Shown: one piece after another, positions 18,948 to 28,285 of the stretch | Numbering within the stretch: position 1 is the first letter of the stretch | Layout: each line of letters opens with the position of its first letter | NCBI GenBank assembly: GCA_029937535.1 | Contig: JAPYPT010000001.1 | Location: 5,832 to 69,831, forward strand | Source of the DNA: Alphaproteobacteria bacterium | Lineage (GTDB): Bacteria; Pseudomonadota; Alphaproteobacteria; GCA-2731375 | Length of the DNA: 64,000 nucleotides | Direction: 5' to 3' | Notes under the pieces: model-generated | What the model saw: the letters and a program-made list of their open reading frames with translations, nothing else | Databases searched by the model: none | What the model was told of the DNA's origin: nothing | Made by a program: the position numbers and the translations under genes

Positions 18948-19208
18948 TCAATCAAGACCCAGCAATTCATCTACTTTTTCCGGACCAAGGTCGAGGCCGT
19001 ACAACAGCACGTCACCGACCTGCAGGACCGGGGAGGAGCGGATATTGCGGCTTTCAATGAAAGCGGCGGCGTCCTCGTCCATCATCAGATCCTTGGCCAC
19101 GAAATCCACATCATGGGCCCGCAAATAGCCCTTTAGCTGTTCACAGGGCGGGCAGAACGGCGTGGAATAAACGATTACTGATTTACCGGCCACCCTACGC
19201 GCCCCCAT
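18948..19208 (-). CDS. glutaredoxin-like protein (CPPC active site)
   Basis: 86 aa, 'VIVYSTPFCPPCEQLKGYL' thioredoxin-fold redox motif. 5' end overlaps the upstream selenoprotein ORF by 14 nt. Confidence 0.6.
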   Translation of the reverse strand: MGARRVAGKSVIVYSTPFCPPCEQLKGYLRAHDVDFVAKDLMMDEDAAAFIESRNIRSSPVLQVGDVLLYGLDLGPEKVDELLGLD

Positions 19209-20076
19209 CTTCCTTCAACTTGCGGTACAGGGCCTTTTTTTCCAGCCAGGCATTCTTGATCTCTTCCGTCTGCCAGGGTTGTTCCTGGGTGAAGACCTTT
19301 GTCTTCCAGTCCTCCCCCTTGGACCACTTAAAGGGCGTTTGATTGGTGGTTCGCGGCGCCGTGGCGCTCTCAAATAAATCCAAGGCCATGGCGACAATTT
19401 GGCGCTGCTGATCCTCGTTGCCAGGCTCGCCACACGGATTGCCCAAGGGGAAATCCGTAAACAACAGGCGCGGCACGCCGCATGTCTCGACAATATCGCG
19501 GGCGGCGGCGGCGACAACCGTTGGGATGCCGTTTTCTTCCAGGTAACGGGCGACCAGACTCACGGTCTGGTGGCAAACCGGTCAGACCGGCACGAGGAGT
19601 GCTATATCCACCCCCTCATCACGGCATGCCGCCAGCACCGCCGGTGCATCCGTGCCTAGGGTTTTGTTCTGAGAATAGGCATTGTAAACACCGTAGGCCG
19701 CCGGCGCCAGGCTGCCGATGTGCCCCGACGCCTGCAATTCCTGCAACCGGGTTATGGGGAAATAGCTATTCACGTCGTCCAACGTCGTGGCGTTCATGTC
19801 ATAGCTATGGGTCCGGCTATAAAGTTCCTCCAACGGCGTATCGGTCGCCACGGCGTAAACGTTGGCGGCTTCCCCCCGCTCCAACGGCAGGCGCTGGTCG
19901 TCCCAGGCGCGCGAGGCGATCTCGGATGTGGAGATCAAGGCCAGCCGGCTCTCCGCCACCGGCTTTGTCAGCGGCGTGAAGGGCACATCATCGAATTGCG
20001 CCCATCGATAGGGCTTATCGTAGCCTTGGGTCTTATAATAGGCCGTGGTTTTATCGATATAACGGACGTAACTCAA
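19195..20076 (-). CDS. GrdB/PrdB-family (glycine/betaine/D-proline reductase protein-B-like) putative selenoprotein; in-frame UGA at 19582-19584 read as Sec
   Basis: ORF-track entries 19582..20076 and 19195..19563 are in one frame, separated only by TGA plus 6 sense codons. Read-through gives ...ALLVPV-U-PVCHQTVSLVARYL..., a Sec-x-x-Cys motif. The N-terminal half resembles PrdB/GrdB (PFTPLTKPVAESRLALISTSEIA). A SECIS-like hairpin lies 10 nt 3' of the UGA. Confidence 0.5.
19553..19571 (-). other. SECIS-like stem-loop (ACCAGAC-CGUGA-GUCUGGU) 10 nt downstream of the in-frame UGA
   Basis: Read directly on the minus strand. 7-bp perfect stem with a 5-nt loop, at the spacing expected for a bacterial selenocysteine insertion element. 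Confidence 0.4.
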
Positions 20077-20154
20077 AACGCGGTCCTCCCACTAATACCT
20101 ACCCATTAGAGCACATATGAACCGCGCGGCGCCAGCAGCGGCGTTTGGAAATAC

Positions 20155-22020
20155 TTATTCCGCGGCATCCTTGGCCAGAAACCCACCCGATTGCCGTGAC
20201 CACAATTCGGCGTACAGGCCGCCACGCTTGAGCAGTGTTTCATGATTGCCCTCTTCCACGATACGGCCCCGGTCCATGACGATCAGGCGGTCCATGGCCG
20301 CGATGGTGGAGAGGCGATGGGCAATGGCGATCACGGTCTTGCCGGCCATCAGGGTCTGAAAATTTTCCTGTATCGCCGCTTCCACTTCCGAATCCAGGGC
20401 CGAAGTCGCCTCGTCCAATATCAAGATTGGCGCATCCTTCAAAAGCACACGGGCGATGGCGATACGCTGGCGCTGGCCGCCCGACAGCTTAACGCCGCGT
20501 TCCCCCACATGGGCTTCCAGGCCGCGCCGTCCCTGGCCATCTTCAAGTTCCAGAATGAAATCATCGGCCTTCGCCGCCCGTGCCGCGGCCCAGACCTGCG
20601 CCTCGCTGGCACCGGGTTTGGAATATGCGATATTGTCAAACACCGAACGGTGCAGCAGCGAGGTATCTTGCGTCACCATGGCGATCTGGGCCCGCAGGCT
20701 ATCCTGAGTGACGGTGGAAATGTCCTGACCGTCGATCAGGATGCGCCCGTCTTCCAGGTCGTAGAACCGTAGCAACAGGCTGACCAGGGTGGATTTTCCC
20801 GCACCCGAGCGCCCGACGATGCCGACCTTTTCGCCGGGGCTGATTGCCAGATCCAGGCCGCCGATCACCCCCTGCTCCACATCCGCCCGCGCCTTGCCGT
20901 AGTTGAAATTGATATGGTCGTAGAGGATGCCGCCCGCCTCCACCGCCAACTCGACGGCATCGGGGCTATCGTCAATGGCCCGCTCCCGGGCAATGGTTTC
21001 CACGCCGTCCATGACCACGCCGACATTCTCGAAGACATTGGATACTTCCCACATGATCCATTGAGACATGCCTTGCAGGCGCAAAACCAGCCCCGTGGCG
21101 AGTGCGATGGCGCCGGCACCCACCGCATCCACGTGCCACAGCCAAATCGACATGCCGGCAATGGAGAAAATCAACATGGCATTCAGCAGATTCAGGGTCA
21201 CGGTCAGCAGAGTGGAGAGCCGCATTTGAGCGTGCACCGGGTCCAGGAACGCCTGCATCCCCTCCCGGGCGTAACCGTCTTCATAAGCCGCATGGGCAAA
21301 CATCTTCACGGTGCCAATGTTGGTATAGCTGTCCACCACGCGGCCCGTGACCACCGACCGCGCCTCGGCCTGGGCCTTTGACCAATCCCGCAGCCGGGGC
21401 ACGAAATAGCGCATGGCGACAAGATAACCCATGAGCCAGATGAGCATGGGCGCCGTCAGCCGCAAATCGGAACTGGCGAACAGCACCACGGCGGCGGTGA
21501 AATAGACCACCACATAAAGCAGCACCTCGGTCAGCTTCATGACGATGTCACGCACGGCAAGGGCCGTTTGCATCATCTTCGCGGCCACCCGGCCGGCGAA
21601 ATCGTCCTGATAGAACTCCATGCTCTGGCGCAGCAGATAACGGTGCGCCTGCCAACGCGTGCGCATGGCGAAATTCCCCAGCAGCCCTTGGTGGGAGACC
21701 GCTTCATAAAAGAACTTCAGGACCGGCAGGATCAACAGCACTACCGCCGCCATGATGATCAATTGCCCGCCGTGATCGTCCCAAAATGTCTGCCGCTCGG
21801 AGATCGCCAGCCAGTCCACCAACCGGCCAAGAAAGGCGAACAGGGTCACTTCCAACAACGCGATCACGGTTGCGAACAGGGCCGAGGTTGCCAGCAGACG
21901 CCAAAACGGCTTGGCGTAATGCAGGGTAAAGGCGACAAGGGTTGCGGGTGGCATTTCCGGCTGCTCGATGGGCAGCGGATCGGTCACTCTTTCCAACCAG
22001 CCAAAAAATCTGCTGATCAC
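20155..22020 (-). CDS. ABC transporter, fused permease/ATP-binding protein (MsbA-like exporter)
   Basis: 6-TM domain followed by an NBD with Walker A GRSGAGKST, LSGGQRQR and a Walker B DEATSALD. Start placed at GTG 22020 (VISRFFGWLERV...) with GGAGAG 9 nt upstream. The ORF-track start at 22137 would overlap the upstream gene. Confidence 0.7.
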   Translation of the reverse strand: MISRFFGWLERVTDPLPIEQPEMPPATLVAFTLHYAKPFWRLLATSALFATVIALLEVTLFAFLGRLVDWLAISERQTFWDDHGGQLIIMAAVVLLILPVLKFFYEAVSHQGLLGNFAMRTRWQAHRYLLRQSMEFYQDDFAGRVAAKMMQTALAVRDIVMKLTEVLLYVVVYFTAAVVLFASSDLRLTAPMLIWLMGYLVAMRYFVPRLRDWSKAQAEARSVVTGRVVDSYTNIGTVKMFAHAAYEDGYAREGMQAFLDPVHAQMRLSTLLTVTLNLLNAMLIFSIAGMSIWLWHVDAVGAGAIALATGLVLRLQGMSQWIMWEVSNVFENVGVVMDGVETIARERAIDDSPDAVELAVEAGGILYDHINFNYGKARADVEQGVIGGLDLAISPGEKVGIVGRSGAGKSTLVSLLLRFYDLEDGRILIDGQDISTVTQDSLRAQIAMVTQDTSLLHRSVFDNIAYSKPGASEAQVWAAARAAKADDFILELEDGQGRRGLEAHVGERGVKLSGGQRQRIAIARVLLKDAPILILDEATSALDSEVEAAIQENFQTLMAGKTVIAIAHRLSTIAAMDRLIVMDRGRIVEEGNHETLLKRGGLYAELWSRQSGGFLAKDAAE

Positions 22021-22105
22021 GGCAAAACTCTCCAGGGACTTGGGCGGCTGTTCAGGGACGTGGCAATCTACTCTAACTGGTCCCCGGACGGCAAATGTGC
22101 AAGGG

Positions 22106-22750
22106 CTAGTCCTCGGCCCCCGCCGCCACGCCGGCATTGAAGCGGGTATCGGCCTGGCGGAACACCTTTCGGGTGTTATCCATGTCCCAGGGCTCCTCGA
22201 TCAGGGTTTCGTGGTCCCATTGGCTGCGCGGCCGCGGTGGATTAAAGAAATCGCCGCCATAGACATGCAGGGCCGGCGTCAGCTTACGGATCGGATTGGA
22301 CACGGAATGCACGATGTCGGGGCCCATGGTCACGGCCTGCCCGACGCCAAGACTGTCCGCGCCCGCGGCCTCCAACGCCGGACCATCGGGGTCATCCAGA
22401 CGGCGCCAAAACATATTATCCTCCCGCCCGCCATAAATACCGATGACCGCGAACATATTATGGTTGTGGGGCAGCAGGGTCATGTAGGGCGCCCAAACAA
22501 AGTTAATCACGGTCAGCTCGGCCGACTGATACAGGGGATAGACACCCGCCTGTTCGGGCTCCCCCAATTCGGCGATGATGGCGGAGGGATCTGCAACCGC
22601 TTCCAGCACGGCTTCGCGAATGGCCTTCTGTCCCTCGCCAACGACGGATTTACAGGTTTCAATAAAGCGATCCTTCTGAAACACCCAAGCATCCTTCCAA
22701 ATCTGAACAAGGCGGATTAAGCGCCGAATCAAGATATTCAGCTTAACCAT
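22106..22750 (-). CDS. cupin-fold (double-stranded beta-helix) protein of unknown function
   Basis: ATG at 22750 preceded by GGAGAGGG. His-rich 'LPHNHNMFAVIGIYGG' motif typical of metal-binding cupins. Confidence 0.4.
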   Translation of the reverse strand: MVKLNILIRRLIRLVQIWKDAWVFQKDRFIETCKSVVGEGQKAIREAVLEAVADPSAIIAELGEPEQAGVYPLYQSAELTVINFVWAPYMTLLPHNHNMFAVIGIYGGREDNMFWRRLDDPDGPALEAAGADSLGVGQAVTMGPDIVHSVSNPIRKLTPALHVYGGDFFNPPRPRSQWDHETLIEEPWDMDNTRKVFRQADTRFNAGVAAGAED

Positions 22751-23597
22751 CCCTCTCCAGACGCGCCATGGCGGCAAGCCCGGCGCGGTAGTTGGGATAG
22801 CGCAGCCGGACGCCCAGTTCTTCCTTGATACGGTCGTTGCGGACCCGTTTGTTGTCGCCGTAAAAGCTGGCCGCCATGGCGCTTAAACCCGCCTGCTCAA
22901 AAGGAATTTCAGGTGGCGGCGTCCGGCCCAAAAGTGCCGCCGCATGGGCGATTACATCTTGCGGCGGGGCGGCTTCATCATCGCAGACATTGTATATGGC
23001 GCTGGGGTTGGGCCGGTCGATGGAAGCTGCCAAAACCATTGCCAGGTCATCCACATGAATGCGCGAGAAGACATGGCCTTCCTTGACGATGCGCCGGGCC
23101 TTACCCTGGGAGAGGTTCACGAGGGCATTGCGGCCGGGGCCGTAAATGCCGGCGAGGCGGAATATATGCATCGCCGGATTATACTGCCCGGCCCAATCCA
23201 ACCAGGCCTCTTCCGCCGCGACCCGTGCCTTGCCCCTTTTTTGGCGGGGCGCGGTGGGCGTGGCTTCATCCACCCACCCACCGCCATGGTCGCCATAGAC
23301 CCCGGTGGTCGAGAGATAACCCAGCCAGCGGAGATCGGGCAGATTGGCAATATCAACGCCATGGCAGGCTAATACCGGGTCGCCCGCGTCGTCAGGTGGA
23401 ATTGAAAGCAACAGGTGTGTGGTCCCAGCCAGATGGCGGCCCGGGTCGGCCAAGCGTTGAGCCCGGCTAAACGGGATCATCCCCCCCTCCCCGTCCCGGC
23501 TGGTGCCAGCGAACGTCCACTTCGGCCCCGCGAGGCGCCGGATCAACGCTTGGGCGGTGAACCCCATGCCGAAGCAGAACAGTTTTTCCTTTGCCAT
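22743..23597 (-). CDS. NAD(P)-dependent epimerase/SDR family oxidoreductase
   Basis: 284 aa, N-terminal 'KLFCFGMGFTAQALIRRL' Rossmann-like motif. Atypical-SDR family pattern. Confidence 0.5.
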   Translation of the reverse strand: MAKEKLFCFGMGFTAQALIRRLAGPKWTFAGTSRDGEGGMIPFSRAQRLADPGRHLAGTTHLLLSIPPDDAGDPVLACHGVDIANLPDLRWLGYLSTTGVYGDHGGGWVDEATPTAPRQKRGKARVAAEEAWLDWAGQYNPAMHIFRLAGIYGPGRNALVNLSQGKARRIVKEGHVFSRIHVDDLAMVLAASIDRPNPSAIYNVCDDEAAPPQDVIAHAAALLGRTPPPEIPFEQAGLSAMAASFYGDNKRVRNDRIKEELGVRLRYPNYRAGLAAMARLERDG

Positions 23598-23641
23598 CGT
23601 CGCTCAACCCACTATCGGCACCGGCGGCGGATCCATGAATA

Positions 23642-23733
23642 GGGGTACACGTAACAAGTACATGTCCCCATATTCACCCCGACCATGGACACGGGCGGAG
23701 TAATTTGGGGACATGTACTTGTTACGTGTACCC
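23642..23733. repeat. 28-bp perfect inverted repeat (ggggtacacgtaacaagtacatgtcccc) with a 35-nt spacer
   Basis: Arms at 23642-23670 and 23706-23733 are exact reverse complements over 28 nt. Lies between the queG 3' end and the SDR 5' end. Confidence 0.6.
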
Positions 23734-23751
23734 AAATTACGGCCCGGACTA

Positions 23752-24918
23752 TCACGAATGCGCCGAGCCGGAAATCACCGCGGACCATTCCGCCCGGACA
23801 GCCGCGTCGTCTTCGCCGTCGAGATGGCTCGTGGCCAGATCCGCCACCGCATTCCCGCCGCGCAATTGTGCCAGGGCCCAGACTGCCATGGCGCGGACCA
23901 GGGGCGAGGGATCGCGCAGCAGCGGCTCAACCAGCGCCGACAGGTGATCATCACGGCTGTTGCCGGCCGCAATCAGGACATTGCGCAAGAACCGGTCCCG
24001 TCCCAGACGCTTGACCGGCGTGCCCGCGAAAAGGCGGCGGAAGGCGTCATCATCCAATTTTAACAGCGCGGATAAATCGGCCATTTCAAGCGCCGGCCGG
24101 GGCGCCATGGTGGCCTCGTTCTGAGTGACGGCAAACTTGTTCCAGGGACAGACCGCCAGGCAATCGTCGCAGCCAAAGATGCGGTTGCCCATGGGCCGAC
24201 GGAATTCCGGGGCGATATGGCCTTGATGCTCGATACTCAAATACGACAGACAGCGCCGGGCATCCAGTTGATAAGGCGCTGGGAACGCCTGTGTGGGGCA
24301 AATATCCAGACATTGCCGGCAGGCCCCGCAATGGTCCGCCTCCCCCTCATCGGGCGGCAGGATCAGGGTGGTGAAAATGCTGCCCAGAAACAGCCAGGAA
24401 CCAAATTCCCGGCTGACCAGATTGCTATGCTTGCCCTGCCAACCCAGACTGGCGGCCTGGGCCAGGGGTTTTTCCATCACCGGGGCGGTATCCACAAAGA
24501 CCTTCAACTCGCCACCCGCCTGGGCCAACAGCCACCGCGCCACGGCCTTCAGACGCTTTTTCACCACCACATGGTAATCCTTGCGTTCGGCATAGACCGA
24601 GATATTGCCCCTGCCCGTCTGGCCCAAACGCATCATCGGATCCTCGCCGGGGCCATAATTCAGACCCAGCATGATAATCGAACGGGCGCCGGGCCATAGG
24701 GCATTGGGGTGGCGGCGGCGATCCAGCTTTTCCACCAGCCATTCCATATCGCCATGGCGCCCCATGGCCAGGAATTGCTGCAACCGCCCGCCGGCTTCGG
24801 GAATAGCCTCCGGGCCGGTAATGCCAATGGTATCGAAACCGGCGGTGCGGGCCTCGCGGCGCAACGCGGCGGCCAGCGCCGCGTTGTTTTCGGAAAGCTT
24901 AGAAGTCGAGGTCGGCAT
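23752..24918 (-). CDS. queG: epoxyqueuosine reductase
   Basis: Two 4Fe-4S motifs (CGACRQCLDICP; CDDCLAVCPWN) plus C-terminal HEAT-like repeats, matching QueG. ATG at 24918 (MPTSTSKLSENNAALAAALRREARTAGFDTIG...). Confidence 0.8.
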   Translation of the reverse strand: MPTSTSKLSENNAALAAALRREARTAGFDTIGITGPEAIPEAGGRLQQFLAMGRHGDMEWLVEKLDRRRHPNALWPGARSIIMLGLNYGPGEDPMMRLGQTGRGNISVYAERKDYHVVVKKRLKAVARWLLAQAGGELKVFVDTAPVMEKPLAQAASLGWQGKHSNLVSREFGSWLFLGSIFTTLILPPDEGEADHCGACRQCLDICPTQAFPAPYQLDARRCLSYLSIEHQGHIAPEFRRPMGNRIFGCDDCLAVCPWNKFAVTQNEATMAPRPALEMADLSALLKLDDDAFRRLFAGTPVKRLGRDRFLRNVLIAAGNSRDDHLSALVEPLLRDPSPLVRAMAVWALAQLRGGNAVADLATSHLDGEDDAAVRAEWSAVISGSAHS

Positions 24919-25567
24919 AATGTCGCGGCGGCGGCAGACCGGGCATATGATCCGCCAGGATAGCGCGGAAAGAGGGACGCGATTTGACCCGGGCATACCA
25001 TTCCTTGGCGCCCGGATATTGATCCCACGGCACATCGCCCAGGTAATCCAGGCAGGACAGGTGCGCCGCTGCCGTGATATCGGCCAGGGAAAACACCTCG
25101 CCGGCGATATAATTCCGCCGCTCCACCAGATATCCGATGTAGTCCATGTGATAGCCGATATTTTCCCGTCCCGCCCGGATCAGGTCGGAGCGCGGCTCGC
25201 CCATGCCCATGAAACGTTTCAACAGCTTTTCCCGCAACAAAAGGTCCGAAACTTCGTTAAAAAACTTGCCGTCGAACCAGGCAATCAAGCGGCGGCATTC
25301 CGCCCGCTCCAAGGGTTCCCGGCCCAGCAAGTTGGGTTCCGGCTGGCAATCCTCCAGATACTCGACGATCGCCTGGCTATCGGCCAGAATGGTGCCGTCG
25401 GGTTCGGACAGCACCGGAACCTGGCCGGCCGGGTTCAGGGCCAGGAATTCGGGACGCCGGTCCCAATATTTCTCCACCACCAGTTCCACCTCAAGGCCTT
25501 TTTCGAACAAGGCGATACGAACCTTGCGGGAAAACGGCGATAGCCAGAAATGATATAGAATGCGCAT
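24899..25567 (-). CDS. glutathione S-transferase family protein
   Basis: 222 aa. N-terminal thioredoxin-like GST domain (MRILYHFWLSPFSRKVRIAL...) and C-terminal helical domain. Confidence 0.7.
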   Translation of the reverse strand: MRILYHFWLSPFSRKVRIALFEKGLEVELVVEKYWDRRPEFLALNPAGQVPVLSEPDGTILADSQAIVEYLEDCQPEPNLLGREPLERAECRRLIAWFDGKFFNEVSDLLLREKLLKRFMGMGEPRSDLIRAGRENIGYHMDYIGYLVERRNYIAGEVFSLADITAAAHLSCLDYLGDVPWDQYPGAKEWYARVKSRPSFRAILADHMPGLPPPRHYADLDF

Positions 25568-25683
25568 GTGCTTAGTTTAGCGGTTGGAGATGCCTCCACA
25601 TAGCATGCTCTAGAGTATTTCCGAATTGGAAATGCCCCGCTTCTTGAGAATAGAGCAATTTTTCCAATCACTTAGAATCACGT

Positions 25684-25852
25684 CATGATTCACAATCATA
25701 CTACACAACACACGGCCATATTATCGTCATTGCCGGGCTCGACCCGGCAATCCAGGGCAACAAACTCAGTTGATTGCGGCTCTGGATCCCCGGGTCTTCG
25801 CTTCGTTACGGCCGGGGATGACGGTATGTCGTGTAGTGTGATTCACATTTGA
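25684..25852. repeat. composite palindromic intergenic element: outer ~19-nt imperfect inverted repeats enclosing REP-like hairpins (cgtcattgccgggctcgacccggcaatcc; gatccccgg...ccggggatgacg)
   Basis: Read directly. 'atcatactacacaacacac' versus the reverse complement of 'gtatgtcgtgtagtgtgat' matches 16/19. The inner hairpin repeat is shared with 52473-52500. Confidence 0.5.
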
Positions 25853-25863
25853 CCGGAATTGCT

Positions 25864-26853
25864 CTACCCCATCGTGACCACGGCCTTGCCGATCACCTTG
25901 CGGTCCAGCAATAATTGCATGCCCTCGACCGCCCGCTCCAGGGGCACCACGTGGGAAACATGGGGGTGTAATTTGCCGCCGTTGGCCAGGCCGAGCAGAT
26001 CTTTATCCATTCTGGCGCCGCCTTCGGGATCGTTGCGGCGGAATTCACCGGCCCGGCAACCGATGATCGACAAACCTTTAATCAGGGCATAATTGGCCGA
26101 CAACGTCGGGATCCGCCCGGAGGTAAAGCCGACGACGACCAATCGTCCATGCCAGGCCATGCAGCGCAGGGATTGATCGAACACATCGCCGCCCACGGAA
26201 TCATAGACCACATCGACACCACGCCCGCCGGTGATTTCCTTGACCTGATCCCGAAACTCGCCATTCCGGTAGTTGATGACATGATCGGCGCCGTAGTCCC
26301 GCGCCACCGCCAGCTTGGTGTCATCACCGCCCGTGGCGATGATCTTGGCGCCGTGCAATTTGGCAAGTTCCACCGCCGCCAGACCGACGCCGCCCGTGGC
26401 GCTGTGGATCAGGGCCCATTCACCGGCCTTCAATTGCCCGCGGTGCAACAAACAATGATAGGCGGTGTTGTATCCAACCCGGAACGCGGCCGCCGTGATA
26501 TCGTCAAATTTCTCGGGCGTCGGCAGCACGGCGCGGGCATCGACCACGGCCTGTTCGGCGAACCCTCCCGGCCGGACGCCCGCCATGACCCGGTCGCCCA
26601 GGGCGACGTTCCCGACACTTTCGCCAACCTCGATCACCTCGCCGGCGGTTTCAAAGCCGGCGATAAAAGGCAAGGGCGGTTTGTGCTGATAGCTGCCTTC
26701 AACGGTCAGAATATCGGCGAAATTAATGCCCGTGGCATTGACCTTCAACCGCACCTGACCGGCGCCCAGGTCCGGTTCTGGCACATCCTCCAAACGCAAA
26801 ACCGACAGCGGCCCCAGCTCCCGGCAAACAATGGCTTTCATGTTTTTCCCCAA
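25864..26853 (-). CDS. NADPH:quinone oxidoreductase / zinc-type alcohol dehydrogenase family (Qor-like)
   Basis: 329-aa MDR-family ORF with a GGVG nucleotide-binding loop (HSATGGVGLAAVELAK). Confidence 0.7.
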   Translation of the reverse strand: MGKNMKAIVCRELGPLSVLRLEDVPEPDLGAGQVRLKVNATGINFADILTVEGSYQHKPPLPFIAGFETAGEVIEVGESVGNVALGDRVMAGVRPGGFAEQAVVDARAVLPTPEKFDDITAAAFRVGYNTAYHCLLHRGQLKAGEWALIHSATGGVGLAAVELAKLHGAKIIATGGDDTKLAVARDYGADHVINYRNGEFRDQVKEITGGRGVDVVYDSVGGDVFDQSLRCMAWHGRLVVVGFTSGRIPTLSANYALIKGLSIIGCRAGEFRRNDPEGGARMDKDLLGLANGGKLHPHVSHVVPLERAVEGMQLLLDRKVIGKAVVTMG

Positions 26854-26859
26854 AAATTT

Positions 26860-27369
26860 CTATAGCGTCATCGGTAGTTCGACCAGCGGCGTCGGGCCGC
26901 CTTCATAGAAACCCGGCCCCATGGCCTCGACCGCCCCCACCAGCCGGCCATCCAAGCCCATCACGCGATCAGCCAATGCAACGATCCGGCCGTTTGGCTT
27001 GGCATGGGGGGCGGCCTGACGCAGGGCCGCCGCGGCTTCCATCTCGCGGCCGGGATTGTAGTGACAGAGTATGCTTAACGCCGCCGCCGTGGAGCGGCTG
27101 ACCCCGGCATAGCAATGCACGAACATCGCGCCTTGGCGGTCCCATTTTTCGGCAAATTCCAGGAACGTTCGCACATGCGCCTCGGTCGGCTCGATATCAC
27201 CGGCATAGGGCGCCGGAAAATCATCAACTTCGATATGCAAATGCCGGGCGGGATCGATGCCCTGGGGCGTTTGGGGCACGCCCTCTATGCCCAGTAACGA
27301 AAGGACATGGGTCGCGCCCATTTCCGCCGCCCTTGCTTCCATGGTGCGCCAAGAGGAGATGTATATCAC
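26860..27369 (-). CDS. tyrosine/dual-specificity phosphatase-like protein
   Basis: CX5R P-loop 'VHCYAGVSRST'. Confidence 0.5.
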   Translation of the reverse strand: MIYISSWRTMEARAAEMGATHVLSLLGIEGVPQTPQGIDPARHLHIEVDDFPAPYAGDIEPTEAHVRTFLEFAEKWDRQGAMFVHCYAGVSRSTAAALSILCHYNPGREMEAAAALRQAAPHAKPNGRIVALADRVMGLDGRLVGAVEAMGPGFYEGGPTPLVELPMTL

Positions 27370-27464
27370 GCTTCAAACCTTCCGATTTTCACTATGCCGC
27401 TTAGAGTTTCTTAATCAAGCGCCGCTATGCTCAACCAATTGTAGCCACCCATGAGGAGTATAAC

Positions 27465-27626
27465 GATGTCAGGGATCGTCGAACATTACCAAGGTCTGGC
27501 GCAAAATCTAATCGAAACCCTCGGCTACGAACAGGCCGTGCAGGTGGCCCAGCAATACGCCTGGTACGGCGTGGTGGAAGAACTTCATCGCTTGAGCGGT
27601 GAATACGGCCACACCATACATTAAAG
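27465..27626 (+). CDS. hypothetical small protein (53 aa), not in the ORF track
   Basis: ATG at 27465 with GAGGAG 6 nt upstream. Translation MSGIVEHYQGLAQNLIETLGYEQAVQVAQQYAWYGVVEELHRLSGEYGHTIH*. Confidence 0.25.
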
Positions 27627-27730
27627 CTCTAGCATCGGGGCATTGACCCCAGCCTAAAATATTGATCAGACACAGGGCCGCCGCATCATGGCGCGCCAAG
27701 CAATCCAAATTACCGGAAATAAGTCTGAAT

Positions 27731-28156
27731 TCAGACGATCAGTTCGTGGGGCCGGACCGGCCCGAGAATTTTAGCTGCATCGTCGCTGGCTAGGACATAG
27801 GCCTCGCTCACATCCGCATGCTTTTGACGCATGGCCTTGGATCTGTCAGGCAGCCCTTCCTGAGCAATCTGCTGTGCCAGAAACGGCACGGAAGGCTGTG
27901 GTTGCCGGGTACGGATGGCCGGTTCAACCGCCGCCCTGTTGGTGACCGGCAAATCAACCACATTCGTCTGTGCGCCGCGCAGGCTCTCGGCACCGGCTTG
28001 GTCGTAGCCGCCGTGCCCTTTTGCCGCGAACTGGGTGCTTTGCTGAGATGCGGTTCGTTGATCAGCGGCGCGTAGGGACGGTCGAACAGGCGCGACCTCG
28101 CCCTGGCCATAAGCCAAGCGGGCGTACACCGATGCCACTGTTCCTATACTCGTCAA
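27731..28156 (-). CDS. hypothetical protein
   Basis: 141-aa ORF without recognisable motifs. Codon usage is consistent with its neighbours. Confidence 0.3.
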   Translation of the reverse strand: MTSIGTVASVYARLAYGQGEVAPVRPSLRAADQRTASQQSTQFAAKGHGGYDQAGAESLRGAQTNVVDLPVTNRAAVEPAIRTRQPQPSVPFLAQQIAQEGLPDRSKAMRQKHADVSEAYVLASDDAAKILGPVRPHELIV

Positions 28157-28285
28157 GACTCAACCACAAATTTGCCACGCAGAACCGCCTCGGAGTTCCC
28201 TCCGAAGATATATGTCTCGGACTAGAGCAGAATTTCGGTAATTTGTCAAGATATCCGGACTTGCGTCACCGATATACTTGCAAAT

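Noticed and set aside
19582-19584. Treating the TGA between the two GrdB-like ORFs as a genuine stop, a pseudogene break, or a sequencing frameshift
   Set aside because: Both halves are in the same frame with only 6 sense codons between them. The UGA is followed at the canonical distance by a stable hairpin, and it sits in a U-x-x-C context typical of selenoproteins. Sec read-through is the more economical explanation, though unproven.
22021-22137. Extended N-terminus of the ABC exporter (start at 22137)
   Set aside because: No RBS is present and it would overlap the upstream cupin-like gene by 32 nt. The internal GTG at 22020 has a GGAGAG RBS and matches where homologous exporters begin.
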